Below the pieces are notes generated by a model, which did not search any database, had not been told where the DNA came from, and was given only the letters and a program-made list of their open reading frames with translations. 64,000 bases of DNA from Myxococcota bacterium (GTDB lineage: Bacteria > Myxococcota_A > Polyangia > Polyangiales > Houyiibacteriaceae), in assembly GCA_048623775.1 (NCBI GenBank), contig JBMCXW010000005.1, forward strand, positions 6,533-70,532, read 5' to 3'. Of the stretch, positions 60,899 through 64,000 are shown piece by piece. The translations under genes were made by a program, and so were the position numbers. Within the stretch, counting starts at the first letter, position 1, and each line of letters begins with the position of its first letter.

Positions 60899-62488
60899 AT
60901 GAGGACGATCGAGCGGGGGGGGCGGATCTACCATCTGCCCGCGAGCGAGGAGGAGCTGTGCGAGTTGGTGCGGCGCGCCGACGACGAGCGGCGGCCCATC
61001 CGGGTGCGGGGCTCGGCCCACTCGTTCCCGTACGGGATCTACGAGAACGGGGGCGAGGCCGACGCGGTCCACGTGCTGCTCGACGACTATTGCGCCATCG
61101 AGGGGTACGGTGAGGATCCGGCCACGGGCCGAACGACCGTGACGGTGCAGGCCGGGTGCCGGCTGACCAAGGCGCCGCCGGCCGCCCGAAACGGCGTGGG
61201 CCCGGGCGACCTGAGCCGACCCTGGTGGAGGTGGGCGCGAAAGGGGCTGCTCCCACGGCTGCACGACGCGGGGCTGGCCCTCGACGACCTGGGGGGCATT
61301 AGCCATCAGACGGTGGCCGGCTTCGTCTCCACCGGCTCCGCGGGCGGCTCGCTCCAGTATTCGTTGGACGTCGTGGGGCTGCGGATCATCGACGCGCGGG
61401 GCGAGGTCCGCACGGTCACGGCCGACGGCGACCCCGAGCTCTTTCGGGCGGCGGGGGTGTGCATGGGTCTGCTCGGCATCGTCTCGGCCGTGACGTTTGC
61501 GTGCACCGAGCGGTTCTTCATCCGAGGCAGCGAGCAGATCAACAAGGTGGACGAGGCGCCGGTGGACCTGTTCGGGAAGCGGTCCGACGTGCCTGGCCTC
61601 GCGCAGTTCCTCGAGGAGACCGAGTACACCCGGCTCCTGTGGTGGCCCCAGCCGGGGGTCGAGAAGCTCACCACCTGGCAGGCCCGCCGCCTGACCCAGG
61701 CGGACTTCGAGGCCCACCCCGAGAAGTACGGCCGGCCCACCGCCTTCCGCAGGCGGCCCTACGTCGAGATCGGCGTCCGGTACTTTCACTTCCTGCGACC
61801 CAACATGCCCGTGATCGGTTGGATCCGGCGGAAGCTCCATTGGCTCTTGAGCTGGCCGCAGCAGCTCGTCGCGGGATGGATCTACACCCTCCTCGGCATC
61901 GAGCACCCTCGTTGGTACCAGCGCCCGTGCGTCGCGTTGGTGCGCCGGTTCGAGACGCAGCTCATCAACTTCTTCAACCAGGAAGAAGACCCGCAGGAGT
62001 TCTGGGACACCTGGTGGCAGGGGCTTCCCATGGACAACCAGATCAACGACAAGCTCATGCCGACCTGGTTCACCGAGCTGTGGCTCCCCATCGAGAAGGC
62101 CGAGGAGGCGATGCGGGTCCTTCGCGACATGTACGCGAACCTGAGCCTGCGCGAGATGGGGGCGTTTTGCGTGGAGATCTACGCAGGTGCGAAGGCTCCC
62201 TTCTGGCTCCACCCCTCCGGCAACCGCGACACGGTGCGCATCGACGTGTTCTGGTTCGGCAAGAACCAGGGCGATCCGCGCGCGTTCTACCAGCAGTTCT
62301 GGGACGTCCTGCGTCCCTACGCCTATCGCCCGCACTGGGGCAAGTACGCCCCCGAGCTCGAGCGGGAGGAGCTCGATGCCCTGTACCCCGAGCTGCCGAG
62401 GTTCCGCGAGCTGTGCACGGAACGGGACCCGAACGGCATCTTCCGCTCCCCCTACTGGAACCGCCACCTCCACCTCGACGGGGGCTGA
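60899..62488 (+). CDS. FAD-linked oxidase, aldonolactone oxidase (GULO/ALO)-like
   Basis: IRVRGSAHS (FAD-binding His), LGGISHQTVAGFVSTGS, MGLLGIVSAVT, RPHWGK, DPNGIF. Confidence 0.85.
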   Translation: MRTIERGGRIYHLPASEEELCELVRRADDERRPIRVRGSAHSFPYGIYENGGEADAVHVLLDDYCAIEGYGEDPATGRTTVTVQAGCRLTKAPPAARNGVGPGDLSRPWWRWARKGLLPRLHDAGLALDDLGGISHQTVAGFVSTGSAGGSLQYSLDVVGLRIIDARGEVRTVTADGDPELFRAAGVCMGLLGIVSAVTFACTERFFIRGSEQINKVDEAPVDLFGKRSDVPGLAQFLEETEYTRLLWWPQPGVEKLTTWQARRLTQADFEAHPEKYGRPTAFRRRPYVEIGVRYFHFLRPNMPVIGWIRRKLHWLLSWPQQLVAGWIYTLLGIEHPRWYQRPCVALVRRFETQLINFFNQEEDPQEFWDTWWQGLPMDNQINDKLMPTWFTELWLPIEKAEEAMRVLRDMYANLSLREMGAFCVEIYAGAKAPFWLHPSGNRDTVRIDVFWFGKNQGDPRAFYQQFWDVLRPYAYRPHWGKYAPELEREELDALYPELPRFRELCTERDPNGIFRSPYWNRHLHLDGG

Positions 62489-62528
62489 ACCGGTTGCGGA
62501 AGGTGCGTGGCCGCCCCACCGTGGCCGC

Positions 62529-63521
62529 ATGCACGAAACCCGGCTAGCAGGCCTCGGTGGCCTGGCCGTCGCGTGTTTCTTCGCCGCTTGCGCGGGGGGC
62601 CGCGGGACCGGCGGGGCCGGTGGCGAGGGTCCAGCGACCCCTCCGGCGTCCGCGCGGGGCGCCGAGGCGGCCGGGTGCGAAGAAGACGTGGCCGTGCAGG
62701 TGCTCGGCTCTGGCGGGCCCATCGCCGACGATGGTCGCGCCTCGGCGGGCTACCTGCTGTGGGTCGACGGTCGCGTGCGGCTGCTCGTGGATGCGGGGGG
62801 CGGCACCTTCCTGCGGTTCGCGGAGACGGGCGCCCGTTTCGAGGATCTCGAGGCGATCCTGCTCACGCACCTACACGTGGACCATACGGCGGGGCTGCCG
62901 GCCCTGCTCAAGAGCGCGTCCTTCGGTCAGCGCGACCGGCCCCTCCCGGTCCTGGGCCCGACGGGCGACGATCCGTTTCCGCCGCTCCGCGCCTTCCTCG
63001 ACGCGCTGCTGGGGCGCGAGCAAGGGGCGTGGGGCTACCTCGGGGGTTACCTCGAGCCGGGGGGCAATCCGTTCCGGCTCGAGCCCCGGGAGGTGGACGT
63101 CACCGCACCGAAGGCCGCCGCCCCCGTCTGGGAAGGTGGCGGGATCGAGGTGCATGCGGTCGGCGTGCCGCACGGCCCGGTGCCCGCGCTCGCCTATGCC
63201 GTGCGGGTGCGGGGCCGGCGCATCGTGTTCGCCGGCGACCAACGGATGGACGAGGAGCGCTTCGAGCGGTTGGCGCACGGAGCCGATCTGCTCGTGGCCC
63301 ACCACGCGGTCCCCGAGGGCGCGGGAGAACGGGCGCGCGCGCTGCACGCCACACCGAGTCGGATCGGCGCGGTGGCGTCGCGCGCCGACGCCGGCCGCCT
63401 CGTCCTGTCGCATCACATGGCGCGCAGCCTTTCCCAGATCGATGGGAGCCGCGACCACATCGAGCAACGCTACGAGGGTCCCCTGCACGTCGCCGAGGAC
63501 CTGGACTGCTTCAGCCCGTGA
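62529..63521 (+). CDS. MBL-fold metallo-hydrolase (RNase Z/arylsulfatase-like), predicted lipoprotein
   Basis: FFAAC lipobox. VQVLGSGGP, LVDAGGG, THLHVDH, VPHG, FAGD, LVLSH. Confidence 0.88.
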   Translation: MHETRLAGLGGLAVACFFAACAGGRGTGGAGGEGPATPPASARGAEAAGCEEDVAVQVLGSGGPIADDGRASAGYLLWVDGRVRLLVDAGGGTFLRFAETGARFEDLEAILLTHLHVDHTAGLPALLKSASFGQRDRPLPVLGPTGDDPFPPLRAFLDALLGREQGAWGYLGGYLEPGGNPFRLEPREVDVTAPKAAAPVWEGGGIEVHAVGVPHGPVPALAYAVRVRGRRIVFAGDQRMDEERFERLAHGADLLVAHHAVPEGAGERARALHATPSRIGAVASRADAGRLVLSHHMARSLSQIDGSRDHIEQRYEGPLHVAEDLDCFSP

Positions 63522-63565
63522 CGGGATCCGGGGCCGGCCCGCCCACCGGAGGCGAAGACGGATAC

Positions 63566-64000
63566 ATGAAGGTCGAGGCCGACTGCTGGCCCTGCGGAGA
63601 GGTGTACCTCGCGATGGACGACCTCTACGGCTACGTCCAGCAATTCTCGTGTGCCGTGGCGAGCGAGGGGGACAGCCCGGTGCGATACCTCGGTGTCGCG
63701 ATCCACAACGATTACCAGAGCTCCTACCCGGGCATCGGGGAGTGCCACGTCGATGACGGCCCCTTCGAGAGCAACTGGCTCGAGCTGTGGATGGCCGGTG
63801 CGCGGCCTCCCTACCTGGTGTTCGACCAGCCCATCGTCTCCCTGTCGTTTCAGTATGCGGGGGTGAACGAGCAGGGAGAGGTCGAGATTTGGGCGGACGG
63901 GGAGCCCGTCGCGACGATCGAGCCGCCCCTCGACACGTTCGAAACGATCGAGCTCGAGCTCGATGCGCCCGTCACGACCGTGGTGTTGGACGCGAACCAG
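63566..64000 (+). CDS. Hypothetical acidic beta-rich protein (partial; runs off the window end)
   Basis: Open frame from ATG 63566 (MKVEADCWPCGEVYLAMDDLYGYVQQF...) to the window end with no stop. GGAGG upstream. Confidence 0.55.
   Translation, partial: MKVEADCWPCGEVYLAMDDLYGYVQQFSCAVASEGDSPVRYLGVAIHNDYQSSYPGIGECHVDDGPFESNWLELWMAGARPPYLVFDQPIVSLSFQYAGVNEQGEVEIWADGEPVATIEPPLDTFETIELELDAPVTTVVLDANQ

Overview
High-GC (roughly 70%+, estimated by eye) bacterial chromosomal segment. Gene content and motifs point to Myxococcota, probably Polyangia-like (inference): CdnL/CarD, an M. xanthus-type LexA box before recA, a DUF2378/TIGR02265-like protein and many lipoproteins. It is mostly housekeeping: glmS (partial), an M16 peptidase pair, cinA-thpR-recA, carD, hisIE, prs-rplY-pth-rpsF-rpsR-rplI-dnaB, pntA1/A2/B, tamB, tkt, feoAB with a Fur box, slt, proS, arfB, purB-purC-purS, yggX, recQ, a hybrid kinase and a ceramidase/oxidase/MBL cluster. 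The standout is a compact five-gene operon (9378-12150) between carD and hisIE. Its order and protein features mirror a type III secretion translocon operon (lcrG-lcrV-lcrH-yopB-yopD style): small coiled-coil protein, Bsp22/EspA-like tip protein, mini TPR chaperone, SctE-like and SctB-like translocators. It is preceded by a sigma-28-like promoter, and no injectisome genes are nearby. Other notable items are an intact but catalytically eroded IS1634-derived ORF, a TerB-like/eukaryote-type PPP phosphatase fusion, a Cys-less S18 with a long acidic N-terminal extension, and recurrent leaderless promoter architecture. I recognised no rRNA, tRNA or CRISPR array. All calls come from motif recognition by eye; no database searches were run.
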